A stretch of DNA of 64,000 nucleotides from an uncultured Spirochaetales bacterium (lineage in GTDB: Bacteria; Spirochaetota; Spirochaetia; CAYRYS01): contig CAYRYS010000007.1 in the NCBI GenBank assembly GCA_964428555.1, positions 3,787-67,786 of the forward strand, read 5' to 3'. The notes under the pieces are model-generated. The model ran no database searches and had not been told where the DNA came from. It saw nothing but the letters and a program-made list of their open reading frames with translations. Of the stretch, positions 29,777-40,339 are shown piece after piece (position 1 is the stretch's first letter; every line of letters starts with the position of its first letter). Made by a program: the position numbers and the translations under genes.

Positions 29777-31483
29777 ATGGAATGGCTGAAGAAGTTTTTT
29801 GAGCAGATCAAGACCCTATGGGGTAAGTGGACCGCTGTGCAGAAGGTCATACTTTTTGTAGTAATTGGCGGTGTAGTTCTTGCCCTTGTTTTGATCGTAA
29901 CTTTTAGCGCTTCTCCAAGCAAGGTAGCCTTAATTGGTGTACCTATTACTGATGAAGAAACTTTCTCAAGAATAGTAACACGCCTTGATGAAGAAGGAAT
30001 TAATTATACAGTAACCGCAGACCAGAGTATTATGGTCAATGACGAGCAGACAGCGCGTCAAGCACGTGCTATACTGATACGTGAGGACTTAATCCCATCG
30101 GAGACAGATCCATGGGCGATCTTTGACGTAGAGCGCTGGACTTTGACCGACTTTGAACGGGATGTTAACCTAAGAAGAGCGATAACCAGAACTGTTGAAC
30201 AGCATATCCGTGCTTTGGAAGACATTGATGCGGTAAGCGTTAACCTAGTGATGCCGGATGAACAGCTTTTTGCTGATCAGCAGAATCCGGTAACTGCTTC
30301 TGTTATTATTACACCAAAACCCGGCTCTGATATAACTGAAAACAGAGGTAAGATCGAAGGTATTGTTCGGCTTATTCAGTTTGCAGTTGAAGGGCTTTCT
30401 GAAGAGAATATTACCATTACTACCCAAAGTGGTGTGTTGTTAAATGATTTTACCGGGCTTGAGGATATTGACAGGATAGAACTGACCAGGCGTCAGCTCC
30501 GTGTTGTCAGAGAGCTTGAGAACCAGTATAAGGCCTCTATACTCGAGTCGCTGAGGAACATCTACGGACCAGAGCGTGTGCAGATAATCGATATTGACAT
30601 CAGTATGGACCTACGGGAAATGACTGTACAAACAGAAGAGCATTATCCGATCACTATGCGGCCGGATAACCCGTCAACTCCATACGATGAATCAGAATAT
30701 GTCGAGTCAATTACTCTTTCCCGCTCTACATCTGAAGAGAATTATGAGGGAACCGGATTTAATCCGGAGGGGCCTCCTGGACAGGAAGGCCAGACACCGC
30801 CTGCGTATAGGGATTTAGAAGGCCTTGTTGGCAGCTATTCAAGTTCTAATGTAACAGAGAATGAAGTAGTAAATACTAGGAATATTACTGAAGAGAAGTC
30901 TCCATGGGAGATAGAAAGAGTAACAGTTGCTGTTGCATTAAACGGAATTTGGCGTAGAATTTATAATGACAATGGTGAGCTTGATATTAATCCTGACGGT
31001 TCGATTAATAGGGAATATATTCCTGTGGACGGCAATGAGCTAACTGCTGCTCAGGACCTTATTGAGCATGCTGTAGGATATAATCAGGAGCGCGGGGACA
31101 GTGTATCAGTCCGCCATATCCAGTTCGACCGGACCAGTCAATTTGCTGAAGAAGACAGAGACTATAGACAGCAGATGGTTCTGAGAAGAACAATTCTCTA
31201 TGTATTGATCGGATTAGCAATCTTATTAGTAGCTTTTATTGCTTTTCGGCTCATTTCTAGAGAGATTGAAAGAAGGAGAAGGCTCAGAGAAGAGGAGCTC
31301 TCCAGACAGCACCAGGCAATGCGGGAGGCTGCTTTGCGCAGTGCTGAGGAAGAAGGCGTTGAAGTTGAAATGTCCGTTGAGGAGCGGGCACGGCTTGAGA
31401 TGCAGGAAAACGCCATCAATATGGCCAGGGAGCATCCGGAAGATGTTGCACAGCTTATCCGGTCCTGGCTGATGGAGGAGTAA
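29777..31483 (+). CDS. fliF: Flagellar MS-ring protein FliF
   Basis: Two TM segments, TASVII, AVEGL-ENI, RGDSV, PEDVAQLIRSWL. Confidence 0.95.
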   Translation: MEWLKKFFEQIKTLWGKWTAVQKVILFVVIGGVVLALVLIVTFSASPSKVALIGVPITDEETFSRIVTRLDEEGINYTVTADQSIMVNDEQTARQARAILIREDLIPSETDPWAIFDVERWTLTDFERDVNLRRAITRTVEQHIRALEDIDAVSVNLVMPDEQLFADQQNPVTASVIITPKPGSDITENRGKIEGIVRLIQFAVEGLSEENITITTQSGVLLNDFTGLEDIDRIELTRRQLRVVRELENQYKASILESLRNIYGPERVQIIDIDISMDLREMTVQTEEHYPITMRPDNPSTPYDESEYVESITLSRSTSEENYEGTGFNPEGPPGQEGQTPPAYRDLEGLVGSYSSSNVTENEVVNTRNITEEKSPWEIERVTVAVALNGIWRRIYNDNGELDINPDGSINREYIPVDGNELTAAQDLIEHAVGYNQERGDSVSVRHIQFDRTSQFAEEDRDYRQQMVLRRTILYVLIGLAILLVAFIAFRLISREIERRRRLREEELSRQHQAMREAALRSAEEEGVEVEMSVEERARLEMQENAINMAREHPEDVAQLIRSWLMEE

Positions 31484-31489
31484 TAGGCT

Positions 31490-32554
31490 ATGGCCAAGAA
31501 ACAACGTGGCGGCGGCGGTGAATCTGGTAAGAAATCCGGAGGCGGCGGCCGGAAAAAAGATTTAAACGGAAGGCAGAAAGCGGCAATTTTCCTCGTGACC
31601 CTTGGGTCTGAAATCTCTTCAGAGATATTCAAACATCTTCGGGAAGACGAGATAGAGGCTTTAACCTTTGAGATTGCCCGGCTTGAGAGTGTAGAGCCTG
31701 AAGATAGAGATGCAGTGCTCATGGAGTTCCAGGAACTCATGATGGCTCAGGACTTTATTACAACTGGCGGCATTGATTATGCACGTGAACTATTGGAGAA
31801 GTCCCTTGGGTCGCAGAAAGCAGTAGATATTATTAATCGGCTCACTAGTTCTCTGCAAGTCCGGCCTTTCGATTTTATCCGGAGAACAGACCCTGCTCAT
31901 CTGTTGAACTTTATTCAACAGGAGCACCCTCAGACTATTGCATTGATTCTCGCATATTTGGAACCGGCTAAGGCTTCCATTATTCTTGGCAGTCTGCCCC
32001 ATGAGGTGCAGTCAGACGTTGCAAAACGTATTGCCATTATGGACAGGACATCTCCGGAAGTTCTCAGAGAGGTTGAACGAGTGCTTGAAAAGAAACTCTC
32101 AACCTTGAGTTCAGAAGACTATACTGCTGCTGGCGGTGTTGAAAGTATTGTTGAAATATTGAACCTGGTTGACCGATCTACTGAAAAGACAATTATTGAA
32201 TCCTTGGAAGATGATGACCCTGAACTCGCAGAAGATATTAAAAAGCGGATGTTCGTATTTGAAGACATTGTTATGCTGGATGACAGAGCAATTCAGAAGG
32301 TTTTGAGAGAAGTCGATACATCTGAGCTGGCAAAAGCTCTGCGCGCTGTAGATTCGGAAGTACAGGATAAGATTTACCGGAATATGTCAAAACGTGCTGC
32401 AACACTCCTGAAAGAAGATATGGAGTATATGGGACCTCTGCGCCTAAAGGATGTAGAAGAGTCACAGCAGAAAATTGTTTCTATCATCAGGAAACTCGAA
32501 GAACAGGGCGAGATCGTTATTGCTCGTGCAGGAGAAGATGAACTGGTTGTGTAA
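31490..32554 (+). CDS. fliG: Flagellar motor switch protein FliG
   Basis: KAAIFL, GGIDYA, EHPQ, GGVE, MFVFED. Confidence 0.97.
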   Translation: MAKKQRGGGGESGKKSGGGGRKKDLNGRQKAAIFLVTLGSEISSEIFKHLREDEIEALTFEIARLESVEPEDRDAVLMEFQELMMAQDFITTGGIDYARELLEKSLGSQKAVDIINRLTSSLQVRPFDFIRRTDPAHLLNFIQQEHPQTIALILAYLEPAKASIILGSLPHEVQSDVAKRIAIMDRTSPEVLREVERVLEKKLSTLSSEDYTAAGGVESIVEILNLVDRSTEKTIIESLEDDDPELAEDIKKRMFVFEDIVMLDDRAIQKVLREVDTSELAKALRAVDSEVQDKIYRNMSKRAATLLKEDMEYMGPLRLKDVEESQQKIVSIIRKLEEQGEIVIARAGEDELVV

Positions 32555-32615
32555 CCAGCGAAAATTGAGAAAAGCAGATTTGCTGTTTTGTTAAACCGGT
32601 GTTTGGAGGATCCGA

Positions 32616-33524
32616 ATGGCGAGAAATGTATTCCGCGCTCAGGAAGTGCAGAATGTTCCCAGAAAGGTATACATAGAACCCCCGAAAGAGCAGGTTGAAG
32701 AGCCTGAGGAAGTTGAATCTCTAGAGGAATATCAAGGACCCTCTGTAGAGGACATTCGGAAAGAGATCGAACAGTACCGCAAGAACTGGGAAACAGAAAA
32801 AGCCTCCATGATAGCACAGGCACGGGAGGAAGCAGATAAGATTGTAAAAGATGCTGAGCAAGTTGCTTTTGAAGAAGTAAAGAAAAAGAATAATCAAGCC
32901 CAGAAGGTTAAACAGCAGGCAGAAGATGAGGCAAATAGAATACGCTTGGAGGCAGAAGCAGAGGCAGAGCAGATGAAGCAGAAAGCCCAAGCCCGGGTGC
33001 AGGAAATTGAAAAGGAAGCCCATGAAAAAGGGTTTTCTCAAGGCAGGGAAGAGGGCTTTGAAGCAGGTAAAGGCGAAGCTGAGAGGCTCGTCGAGCGTGT
33101 TCATGTTGTATTGTCAAAAGCAATTGAGAAACGAAATGAGATAATTGAGCAGTCTGAGACCCAGCTTATTAACCTGGTACTTCTTATTGCAAAAAAGGTA
33201 ATTAAAGTAATTTCTGAAAACCAAAAGAATGTCGTAATAAATAATGTAATACAAGCCTTACGCAAACTGAAAAGCAGGGGAGATGTGGTTATCCGGGTCA
33301 ACCTTGCAGACGTTGATCTGACAAATGAACATATGCAGGACTTTATGCGCATGGTAGAGGATGTGAAATCCATTACTATTTTAGAAGATTCTTCTGTAGA
33401 CAGAGGAGGCTGTATTATCGAAACAGATTTTGGCCAAATCGATGCCCGGATATCCAGCCAGCTGAATGAAATTGAAGAAAAAATAATTGAGCTCATGCCG
33501 ATCAAAGCAAAAGGAGAACAGTAG
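32616..33524 (+). CDS. fliH: Flagellar assembly protein FliH
   Basis: Coiled coil, AxxxG(xxxG) repeats (GFSQGREEGFEAG), GGCIIET-G-IDA. Confidence 0.93.
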   Translation: MARNVFRAQEVQNVPRKVYIEPPKEQVEEPEEVESLEEYQGPSVEDIRKEIEQYRKNWETEKASMIAQAREEADKIVKDAEQVAFEEVKKKNNQAQKVKQQAEDEANRIRLEAEAEAEQMKQKAQARVQEIEKEAHEKGFSQGREEGFEAGKGEAERLVERVHVVLSKAIEKRNEIIEQSETQLINLVLLIAKKVIKVISENQKNVVINNVIQALRKLKSRGDVVIRVNLADVDLTNEHMQDFMRMVEDVKSITILEDSSVDRGGCIIETDFGQIDARISSQLNEIEEKIIELMPIKAKGEQ

Positions 33525-33568
33525 CAGCAGGAAAAAGGCTTTTGCTTCTTTGGACCTTGGGAGGGAAC

Positions 33569-34918
33569 ATGTTTGAAAAATACGAAAGTATACTCCAGGA
33601 TATAGATCCGATAAAATATACAGGTACAGTTGTCCGGGTAAAAGGACTCTTGATCGAAAGCCACGGCCCGGTTGCTGTTGTAGGTGAACTCTGCCAGATA
33701 CTGCTGTCCACCGGAAAGGTGCTATGGGCAGAGGTTGTCGGTCTCCAGGGAAAAACTGTTGAGCTCATGGCATACAACGAGATGGAAGGAATTGCTGTCG
33801 GTTCTTCAGTCATAGCAATGGGTGAGTCCCTTGCAATCCCAGTGTCTCAGCGGCTTTTAGGCAGGGTGCTCGATTGTATGGGCAGACCATTGGATGGTAA
33901 AGGAGATATTGGTTCAGCGGAATGGACAACAATCTTTAACCAGCCTCCGGACGTACTAACGCGAAAACGTATAGAACACAGAATTCAAACAGGAATCCGT
34001 TCAGTAGACGGGCTTGTGCCTGTCGGCAAAGGCCAGCGTATGGGGATTTTCTCCGGCTCAGGTGTTGGAAAAAGCACACTCCTAGGAATGATTGCCAGAA
34101 ACACCAGTGCAGATGTAAATGTAATTGCCTTAATTGGAGAGCGTGGAAGAGAGGTCAGAGAGTTTATTGAGAACGACCTTGGAGAAGAGGGGCTTAAGCG
34201 CTCTGTAATTGTTGTTTCTTCATCCAATACACCGCCTTTGTCCAGGCTTCGCGGCGCTTTTGTTGCTACTGCGATAGCTGAATATTTTCGTGATATCGGA
34301 AATGATGTAATGTTTCTTTTTGATTCGGTTACCCGCTTTGCAAGGGCCCAGCGGGAGATCGGTCTTGCTGTAGGGGAACCCGCAGCAACCCGCGGATTTA
34401 CCCCTTCAGTTTTTAGTACCTTACCGAAACTCCTTGAACGCTGCGGAACATCTGATACCGGAACAATTACCGGATTTTATACCATTCTTGTAGAAGGTGA
34501 TGATATGGATGAGCCGGTTGCTGACACGATCCGGGGTATAATTGACGGCCATATTGTGCTTTCCAGAAGGCTGGCCCAGCGCTATCAGTATCCTGCTGTT
34601 GATATCTTGCAAAGCGTTTCAAGGCTTGCAACAAAGATTGCAGGACCGGTTACAAAACAGGTAATGGGATATATCCGCAAAATGATGGCTGTCTATGCAG
34701 AGGCAGAGGACCTTATTAACGTAGGTGCCTATGTACAGGGAAGTAATCCGGAAATTGACGAAGCAGTTGAAAAAATCGGTGCAATACGGGAGTTCTTAAG
34801 CCAAGATATTAAGGAAAAGGCGGATGTTGAAACAATCCTTCGGCAGGCAGCACAAATCGCTGGTAAGCAAATTCCTGAAGAGGAAATAGAGCATGCGAAA
34901 ATTTCAGTACAGGCTTGA
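33569..34918 (+). CDS. fliI: Flagellar export ATPase FliI
   Basis: GSGVGKS, IGERGREV, DSVTRFA, DGHIVLSR; ATG 33569 with GGGAGG SD. Confidence 0.97.
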   Translation: MFEKYESILQDIDPIKYTGTVVRVKGLLIESHGPVAVVGELCQILLSTGKVLWAEVVGLQGKTVELMAYNEMEGIAVGSSVIAMGESLAIPVSQRLLGRVLDCMGRPLDGKGDIGSAEWTTIFNQPPDVLTRKRIEHRIQTGIRSVDGLVPVGKGQRMGIFSGSGVGKSTLLGMIARNTSADVNVIALIGERGREVREFIENDLGEEGLKRSVIVVSSSNTPPLSRLRGAFVATAIAEYFRDIGNDVMFLFDSVTRFARAQREIGLAVGEPAATRGFTPSVFSTLPKLLERCGTSDTGTITGFYTILVEGDDMDEPVADTIRGIIDGHIVLSRRLAQRYQYPAVDILQSVSRLATKIAGPVTKQVMGYIRKMMAVYAEAEDLINVGAYVQGSNPEIDEAVEKIGAIREFLSQDIKEKADVETILRQAAQIAGKQIPEEEIEHAKISVQA

Positions 34919-35345
34919 ACGAATACTAGAACTGAAAAAATACCACGAGCAGGAATGGGAACTGAAACTTGCTGAAATATCTGAACAATGCCTGAAATTA
35001 GAAAATGAAATAAAAAAACGAGAAGAACAAAAAAGCACTGCTTTCCTAAAAACTGGGAGTTCATCAGTTGGTTTTTCTGTGTATGACCTATCTGCAAGGG
35101 ATTATTATGTACAGCGGCTTGAGTCTGAAATACGGCAGCTGAATGACGAACTTGCTCAAAAACAAAAAAAACAGGAAGAAGTCAGACAAAAATACTCAGA
35201 AGCTGCAAAGGAACGCAAGGTTCTTGATAAGCTCAGGGAAAAAAAGGCCGAAGAGTATTATAGAGAGTCATTAAAAGAAGAGATGAAAGAAATTGATGAT
35301 CTTACTGTTTCTGCACAGTCACGGAGACGGAGTGAGAAATACTAA
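34893..35345 (+). CDS. fliJ: Flagellar export protein FliJ
   Basis: MRKFQYRLERIL, coiled coil, KVLDKL, EIDD. Confidence 0.92.
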   Translation: MRKFQYRLERILELKKYHEQEWELKLAEISEQCLKLENEIKKREEQKSTAFLKTGSSSVGFSVYDLSARDYYVQRLESEIRQLNDELAQKQKKQEEVRQKYSEAAKERKVLDKLREKKAEEYYRESLKEEMKEIDDLTVSAQSRRRSEKY

Positions 35346-35378
35346 TCTATTGTACAGGCTTCTGAATTGGAGGTTAGA

Positions 35379-36008
35379 GTGGCGTCAAGAGTAGGTGCCG
35401 GGCCGAGAATATTTGTATTAATTCTATTTATTGTTTTTCTTATTATCGGAGGTGTCTGGTGGTTTGACTTCCTTGGAATTATTAATGCAAGACACTATTT
35501 TAATCCTGTGCTTAGGCTCATAGGGATAGCTCCAAGGACCCAAGTAGAAAACATTCAGGATCCGAACCTTCTGGACAGAGAGCGGTCAGATATGTCAATG
35601 GAATCCATCCAGCTGCTTGAAGAAGAGCTTGTTCAGCGCGAACAAGCCATTTCTGAGCGGGAGGTAGAGCTGCAACAACTGTATGAGGACCTTCAGGAAA
35701 GAGAGGAAGCTCTGGAAGAAAGAGAAAATTCGTTAAATCAGCAAATGAATTTGTACGACAATAGAAGAGCGAACCTTGAACAGAGCGCAGAATACCTTGG
35801 AGGCATGCCTCCTCAGAATGCAGTTGAAATTCTGCTTGAAATGAATGATCAGGATATTATCGATATCCTGCGGACTGTTGAGCGGCTTGCCCAGGATGCT
35901 GGAGAGGATTCGGTTGTAGCCTTTTGGCTCTCTCTCATGCCTGCTGAGCGCGCTGCTGCAATACAGAGAAAGATGGCTGACCGGCCGAACGAGGAGAATG
36001 ACCAGTGA
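35379..36008 (+). CDS. flbB: Periplasmic flagellar collar protein FlbB (MotE-like)
   Basis: GTG 35379 after GGAGG; TM WFDFLG, coiled coil, GMPP-AV, WLSLMP-RAA; position between fliJ and fliK. Confidence 0.8.
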   Translation: MASRVGAGPRIFVLILFIVFLIIGGVWWFDFLGIINARHYFNPVLRLIGIAPRTQVENIQDPNLLDRERSDMSMESIQLLEEELVQREQAISEREVELQQLYEDLQEREEALEERENSLNQQMNLYDNRRANLEQSAEYLGGMPPQNAVEILLEMNDQDIIDILRTVERLAQDAGEDSVVAFWLSLMPAERAAAIQRKMADRPNEENDQ

Positions 36009-37477
36009 GTGTCATGACATTAATTGCTCCGAGAACAGATAATCTCCAAAATATCCGGGAAAATACTAATAATTACCAGGATTTGCAGCAAGAGCAGGAT
36101 TACCGTGATTCAGAATTTGCCCGGATGGTAAGAGCTGACAGCACTGAAGACAACACTGAAAACAATAGGACAGTGGAGCAAAGAGAAACAAGACAGGAAA
36201 AAGATACAAAAGCGCTTGCTGTACCTGAAGAAAATAAAACCGAACAACAAGAGAAACAGGAGAAACCGGAGAAACCGGAACCTGAAATTTTAAAGACTTC
36301 CGAAACAGTTACAAGTGAAAACGCTGGACAAAGAACCCGGCAGACTGCTGAACCTGATAACCGAGAAACTGTACTAAAAGATGAAGCAGTGCAGCCCACA
36401 GAGGATGGTGAGGTTGTTTCACCTGGATTTGAGCAAAACGCTGTCCAGGAAGAAGAACCGCAGAGAAAAAACAGCGAAAAAGATAGTATCAGCACACACA
36501 AAGAAGGTTTGGAAATTGAAGATGCTGTTACACTTGAACAGAATTCTCAGAAGGACGCATTCAATCAAAAACCGGTTGAAGCAAGTGAGAACTTTCAAAA
36601 CGGTGTTCCTGACAATGAAGCTGAACAAGCACAGGGGGCAGTAAAAACCATGGAATCTAACCGGCGGTCCGCCGGTATGATTAATAATAATCAAAATTCT
36701 TCCAATGAACCAGCAAACTTCATAGGAAAGGCCGATCAGGTCAAAAGCGGAGAGGAAAAAAATCGGGGTACCCGTACTGCATCCAAGCAGGAGGGCCCTG
36801 AGCTCCGTTCTCAAGCTGAGCAGGAAGATGTCAAGGTAAGGGTTTCTGATAAGCGCAATACAAACATGGATGCACGCGGTCAGAATTCACAGGAAAATAA
36901 CAGTAATGCAAATACCGGGTTTGATCAGAGCATTCGGGAAAATACCGTTGCTTCCAATGATGGAAGCGCGGATGCACGGAATGTTTCTTTTATGCAGGTG
37001 GAAACAGAGTCCGCAAATATGAGTAACACAAAGGATGTTCCTGTTGCTCAAAGCCTGAGAAATGCCTTTGAAGGTAAAACTAATAATAGAATTGCAAAAC
37101 AAGCAGGATTTATCTTAAAGAATAATGATACAGGCGAAATCCGGCTCATGCTAAAGCCTGAGTCACTGGGAAAAGTAAGAATTCGTCTTGATATGCAGGA
37201 TAATCGTATAGCCGGACGGATATTTGTCGAAAATATAAATGTACGGGAAGCAATGGAACAAAACTTGCAGTCCCTGCAGCGTGCTTTTCAGGAAGAAGGA
37301 TTTCAGCTGGAGTCCTTGGATGTTTTTGTTGATTCAGAAGAAACCGGCTCAGAGGGCAGCAGGGATGAAGAACAGAATAACAACGGGGCTGACCGGTCTG
37401 CACGGGAATTCGAAGCAAACGTACCTGAAGCGGAAGAGATTACCGCCTGGGACGGACACATTAATTTGGTAGTGTAA
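36005..37477 (+). CDS. fliK: Flagellar hook-length control protein FliK
   Basis: Long disordered N-terminus; C-terminal T3S4 domain LKPESLGKVRI. Confidence 0.9.
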   Translation: MSVMTLIAPRTDNLQNIRENTNNYQDLQQEQDYRDSEFARMVRADSTEDNTENNRTVEQRETRQEKDTKALAVPEENKTEQQEKQEKPEKPEPEILKTSETVTSENAGQRTRQTAEPDNRETVLKDEAVQPTEDGEVVSPGFEQNAVQEEEPQRKNSEKDSISTHKEGLEIEDAVTLEQNSQKDAFNQKPVEASENFQNGVPDNEAEQAQGAVKTMESNRRSAGMINNNQNSSNEPANFIGKADQVKSGEEKNRGTRTASKQEGPELRSQAEQEDVKVRVSDKRNTNMDARGQNSQENNSNANTGFDQSIRENTVASNDGSADARNVSFMQVETESANMSNTKDVPVAQSLRNAFEGKTNNRIAKQAGFILKNNDTGEIRLMLKPESLGKVRIRLDMQDNRIAGRIFVENINVREAMEQNLQSLQRAFQEEGFQLESLDVFVDSEETGSEGSRDEEQNNNGADRSAREFEANVPEAEEITAWDGHINLVV

Positions 37478-37491
37478 AGGAAGGAGAAACA

Positions 37492-37926
37492 ATGGATTTG
37501 GATCTGACAATGTCTGGAAGCCAGCGTGCACAGACTCAGATGATGGTAGATACCTACAATGCATCAATAAATGAAGGGCGAATGCCTTCAACAGAATTAG
37601 GCAGGGATGACTTTCTGCAGATATTGATTACTCAGCTTCAGCACCAGGACCCTACTGATCCAATGAAGGATAAGGAATTCATTGCACAAATGGCACAGTT
37701 TTCAACACTTGAGCAGATGACTAATTTGAGTCAGGATTTTCAGAACGTTTCAGCTGTGCTTTCTTCTTCTCAGGCAATGGGAATGCTTGGACAGAATGTA
37801 ACAATTACCCAGGGTGAGAATACCATCACTGGACAGGTAGAGCGGATAACAGGCGGAGAGTTTCCGCAGGTAATGGTAAACGGCAGGTATTATCACCTGG
37901 ACAGCGTCGATTCAGTTCAGCTATAA
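37492..37926 (+). CDS. flgD: Flagellar hook capping protein FlgD
   Basis: DDFLQILITQLQHQDPTDPM, AQMAQFSTLEQ. Confidence 0.95.
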   Translation: MDLDLTMSGSQRAQTQMMVDTYNASINEGRMPSTELGRDDFLQILITQLQHQDPTDPMKDKEFIAQMAQFSTLEQMTNLSQDFQNVSAVLSSSQAMGMLGQNVTITQGENTITGQVERITGGEFPQVMVNGRYYHLDSVDSVQL

Positions 37927-37938
37927 GGAGGCAGCTCT

Positions 37939-39324
37939 ATGATGAGATCATTATATTCAGGAGTGTCCGGACTTCAGAACCATCAGGTCCGGATGGATGT
38001 TATTGGTAATAACATCTCAAATGTAAACACAACGGGTTTTAAAAAGGGCAGAGTAATGTTCCAAGATCTGCTTTCACAAACAATGCAGGGAGCTGCTAGA
38101 CCGACTGATCAGGTTGGTGGTGTGAACCCTCAGCAAGTCGGTCTTGGAACGAATGTTGCATCTATTGATGTTATTCACACCCAAGGGTCGCTTCAGACTA
38201 CCGGTGTTATGACTGACCTAGCAATTCAGGGAAACGGATTTTTCATTCTTTCAGAAGGTGACTCAGAGCTGTACACAAGAGCAGGAAACTTTGGGGTAGA
38301 TTCTGAAGGAACGCTGGTAAACCCTGCAAATGGAATGCGGATACAAGGTTGGGAAGCACAGACCCTAGAGGGTGAGACAAGTATCAATACAGCAGCAGAA
38401 ATCGGAGATATCCAGATACCAATCGGATCAAAAGATCCTGCACAAGCTACCACAGAGGTTGAGCTTGCATGTAACCTTGATAAGCGAACACCTCTTATAC
38501 CTGCAGGAGCAGGTCCTGCTGATACTCAGGAAGGTACGTGGCAGACTACTTTTGAGGTGTATGACTCTTTCGGCCAGGAACACACTTTACAGGTGCAGTT
38601 TACCAGGGTAGAAGGTTTTGAAAACAGATGGGAAGCAGAAGTAACCATTGATCCGGAAGCTGAAGAAGCAACAAATACACAGATAGAGCTTGGTGATGAT
38701 AATAATGACACAAATACCTTCTTTATTGATTTTGATAATCTTGGTACACTACAGTCAGCAACAGATGCAGCAGGAGATGTTATTGATACTGGAGATCTTC
38801 AGGTTGAAGTAGCATTTGATGTACAAGGCGCAACACCGGAGGCAGGAGCTCCAGAACGTCAGCAGTTTAATTTAAACCTTGGAGAGGTTGGTTCTGTAGT
38901 AGATACTATTACCCAGTTTGCTGAAGAAAGTTCAACCAGGATATTCCGTCAGAACGGCAATGGAATGGGATATTTGGAATCCTTTCAGATTGACCAGTCA
39001 GGTGTTATTACCGGAATCTTTTCTAATGGAAATAACAGGCCTCTTGGTCAGGTTGCGCTTGCCACCTTTACTAACCCGAGTGGACTTGAAAGGGTCGGAG
39101 ACACTGCATTCGCGGTTTCGAACAATTCAGGTGATCCGGATGTAGGATCTTCCGGTGTAGCAGGAAAGGGAAGTATTGTTGCCGGTGCTTTGGAAATGTC
39201 AAATGTCGATCTTGCTGAGCAGTTTACTGATATGATCGTAACACAGCGGGGTTTTCAGGCGAACTCCAAGACAATCACTACTTCAGATCAGATGCTGCAG
39301 GAACTTCTGACACTTAAGAGGTAA
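37939..39324 (+). CDS. flgE: Flagellar hook protein FlgE
   Basis: SLYSGVSGL, GNNISNVNT, DLAIQGNGFF, LEMSNVDL, QRGFQAN. Confidence 0.97.
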   Translation: MMRSLYSGVSGLQNHQVRMDVIGNNISNVNTTGFKKGRVMFQDLLSQTMQGAARPTDQVGGVNPQQVGLGTNVASIDVIHTQGSLQTTGVMTDLAIQGNGFFILSEGDSELYTRAGNFGVDSEGTLVNPANGMRIQGWEAQTLEGETSINTAAEIGDIQIPIGSKDPAQATTEVELACNLDKRTPLIPAGAGPADTQEGTWQTTFEVYDSFGQEHTLQVQFTRVEGFENRWEAEVTIDPEAEEATNTQIELGDDNNDTNTFFIDFDNLGTLQSATDAAGDVIDTGDLQVEVAFDVQGATPEAGAPERQQFNLNLGEVGSVVDTITQFAEESSTRIFRQNGNGMGYLESFQIDQSGVITGIFSNGNNRPLGQVALATFTNPSGLERVGDTAFAVSNNSGDPDVGSSGVAGKGSIVAGALEMSNVDLAEQFTDMIVTQRGFQANSKTITTSDQMLQELLTLKR

Positions 39325-39340
39325 GGAGTATTAGTGTTGA

Positions 39341-39538
39341 ATGATTAAGGTTACAAGACTGAATGGGACGGTTTATTATATAAACCCCCATCAGATAGAA
39401 TATATTGAAACTAACCCTGATACAACTCTTGTAATGCTTTCCGGTAAACGGCTGGTGGTCACAGAAGACTACCAGTCTGTTTTTGATAGAATTGTGGAAT
39501 ACCGCAGTTTAATCGGTGCATTCAAGAATGAGGAGTAA
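39341..39538 (+). CDS. flbD: Flagellar protein FlbD (SwrD family)
   Basis: MIKVTRLNG...INPHQIEYIE-PDT; between flgE and motA. Confidence 0.92.
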   Translation: MIKVTRLNGTVYYINPHQIEYIETNPDTTLVMLSGKRLVVTEDYQSVFDRIVEYRSLIGAFKNEE

Positions 39539-39541
39539 TTC

Positions 39542-40327
39542 ATGGATCTAGGTACTATAATAGGAGTAGTTGTAGGGTTCTTGCTTATTGTTATGTCAAT
39601 TATGACATCTGGCGGTAATATTCTGCAATATGTCGATCCGGCTTCATTTATTATGGTAATCGGCGGATCTTTTGCAGCTATGATGGTTGCAACCCCAATG
39701 AGCAGAATGCTGGGTATTGTACGGTACGTAAATATTTTAATTACAGTACCGAACCATGAAGAAGAGCGGATTATATCATCTCTAGTGAACTTTAGCGAAA
39801 AAGCCAGACGTGAAGGTCTTTTGGCATTGGAAGATGACCTCGAAGAAGTAGGTGATGAGTTCCTTCAAAAGGGAATTCAGCTTGTAGTTGACGGCTCTGA
39901 CCCTGAAATAATAAAAAGCATATTATATACTGACCTGAACCAGCTCCAGGAGCGGCACCAGGAAGGAATTGTCCTGTTCGATGCGTGGGGTAAAATTGCG
40001 CCTGCATTCGGAATGATCGGTACACTTGCCGGCCTTATTGCGATGCTTGCAAACCTTGGAGGCGATCAGTCGGCTATTGCTTCAGGTATGGGACTTGCAC
40101 TTATTACAACAATGTATGGAGCAATCTTTGCTAACCTTGTATTAATTCCGTCAAAGTATAAACTTGAAGATAGGGATAAATCTGAGACATTGATAAAAGA
40201 GGTCATGATCGAAGGTATTTTATCGATTCAGTCCGGTGATAACCCCCGTATACTCGAGGAAAAGCTTCTCTCTTTTCTGCCTCCTACAAGACGTGAAGCA
40301 GTGCGGCAGGAAGCAGCAAGAGAATAG
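39542..40327 (+). CDS. motA: Flagellar stator protein MotA
   Basis: ARREGLLALE, APAFGMIGTL-GLI, ALITTMYG, GDNPR. Confidence 0.96.
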   Translation: MDLGTIIGVVVGFLLIVMSIMTSGGNILQYVDPASFIMVIGGSFAAMMVATPMSRMLGIVRYVNILITVPNHEEERIISSLVNFSEKARREGLLALEDDLEEVGDEFLQKGIQLVVDGSDPEIIKSILYTDLNQLQERHQEGIVLFDAWGKIAPAFGMIGTLAGLIAMLANLGGDQSAIASGMGLALITTMYGAIFANLVLIPSKYKLEDRDKSETLIKEVMIEGILSIQSGDNPRILEEKLLSFLPPTRREAVRQEAARE

Positions 40328-40339
40328 GGAGGAAAGAAT

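Noticed and set aside
31505-31552. Gly-rich repeat (RGGGG..SGGGG) at the FliG N-terminus
   Set aside because: Short flexible leader of two units only; no evidence of function
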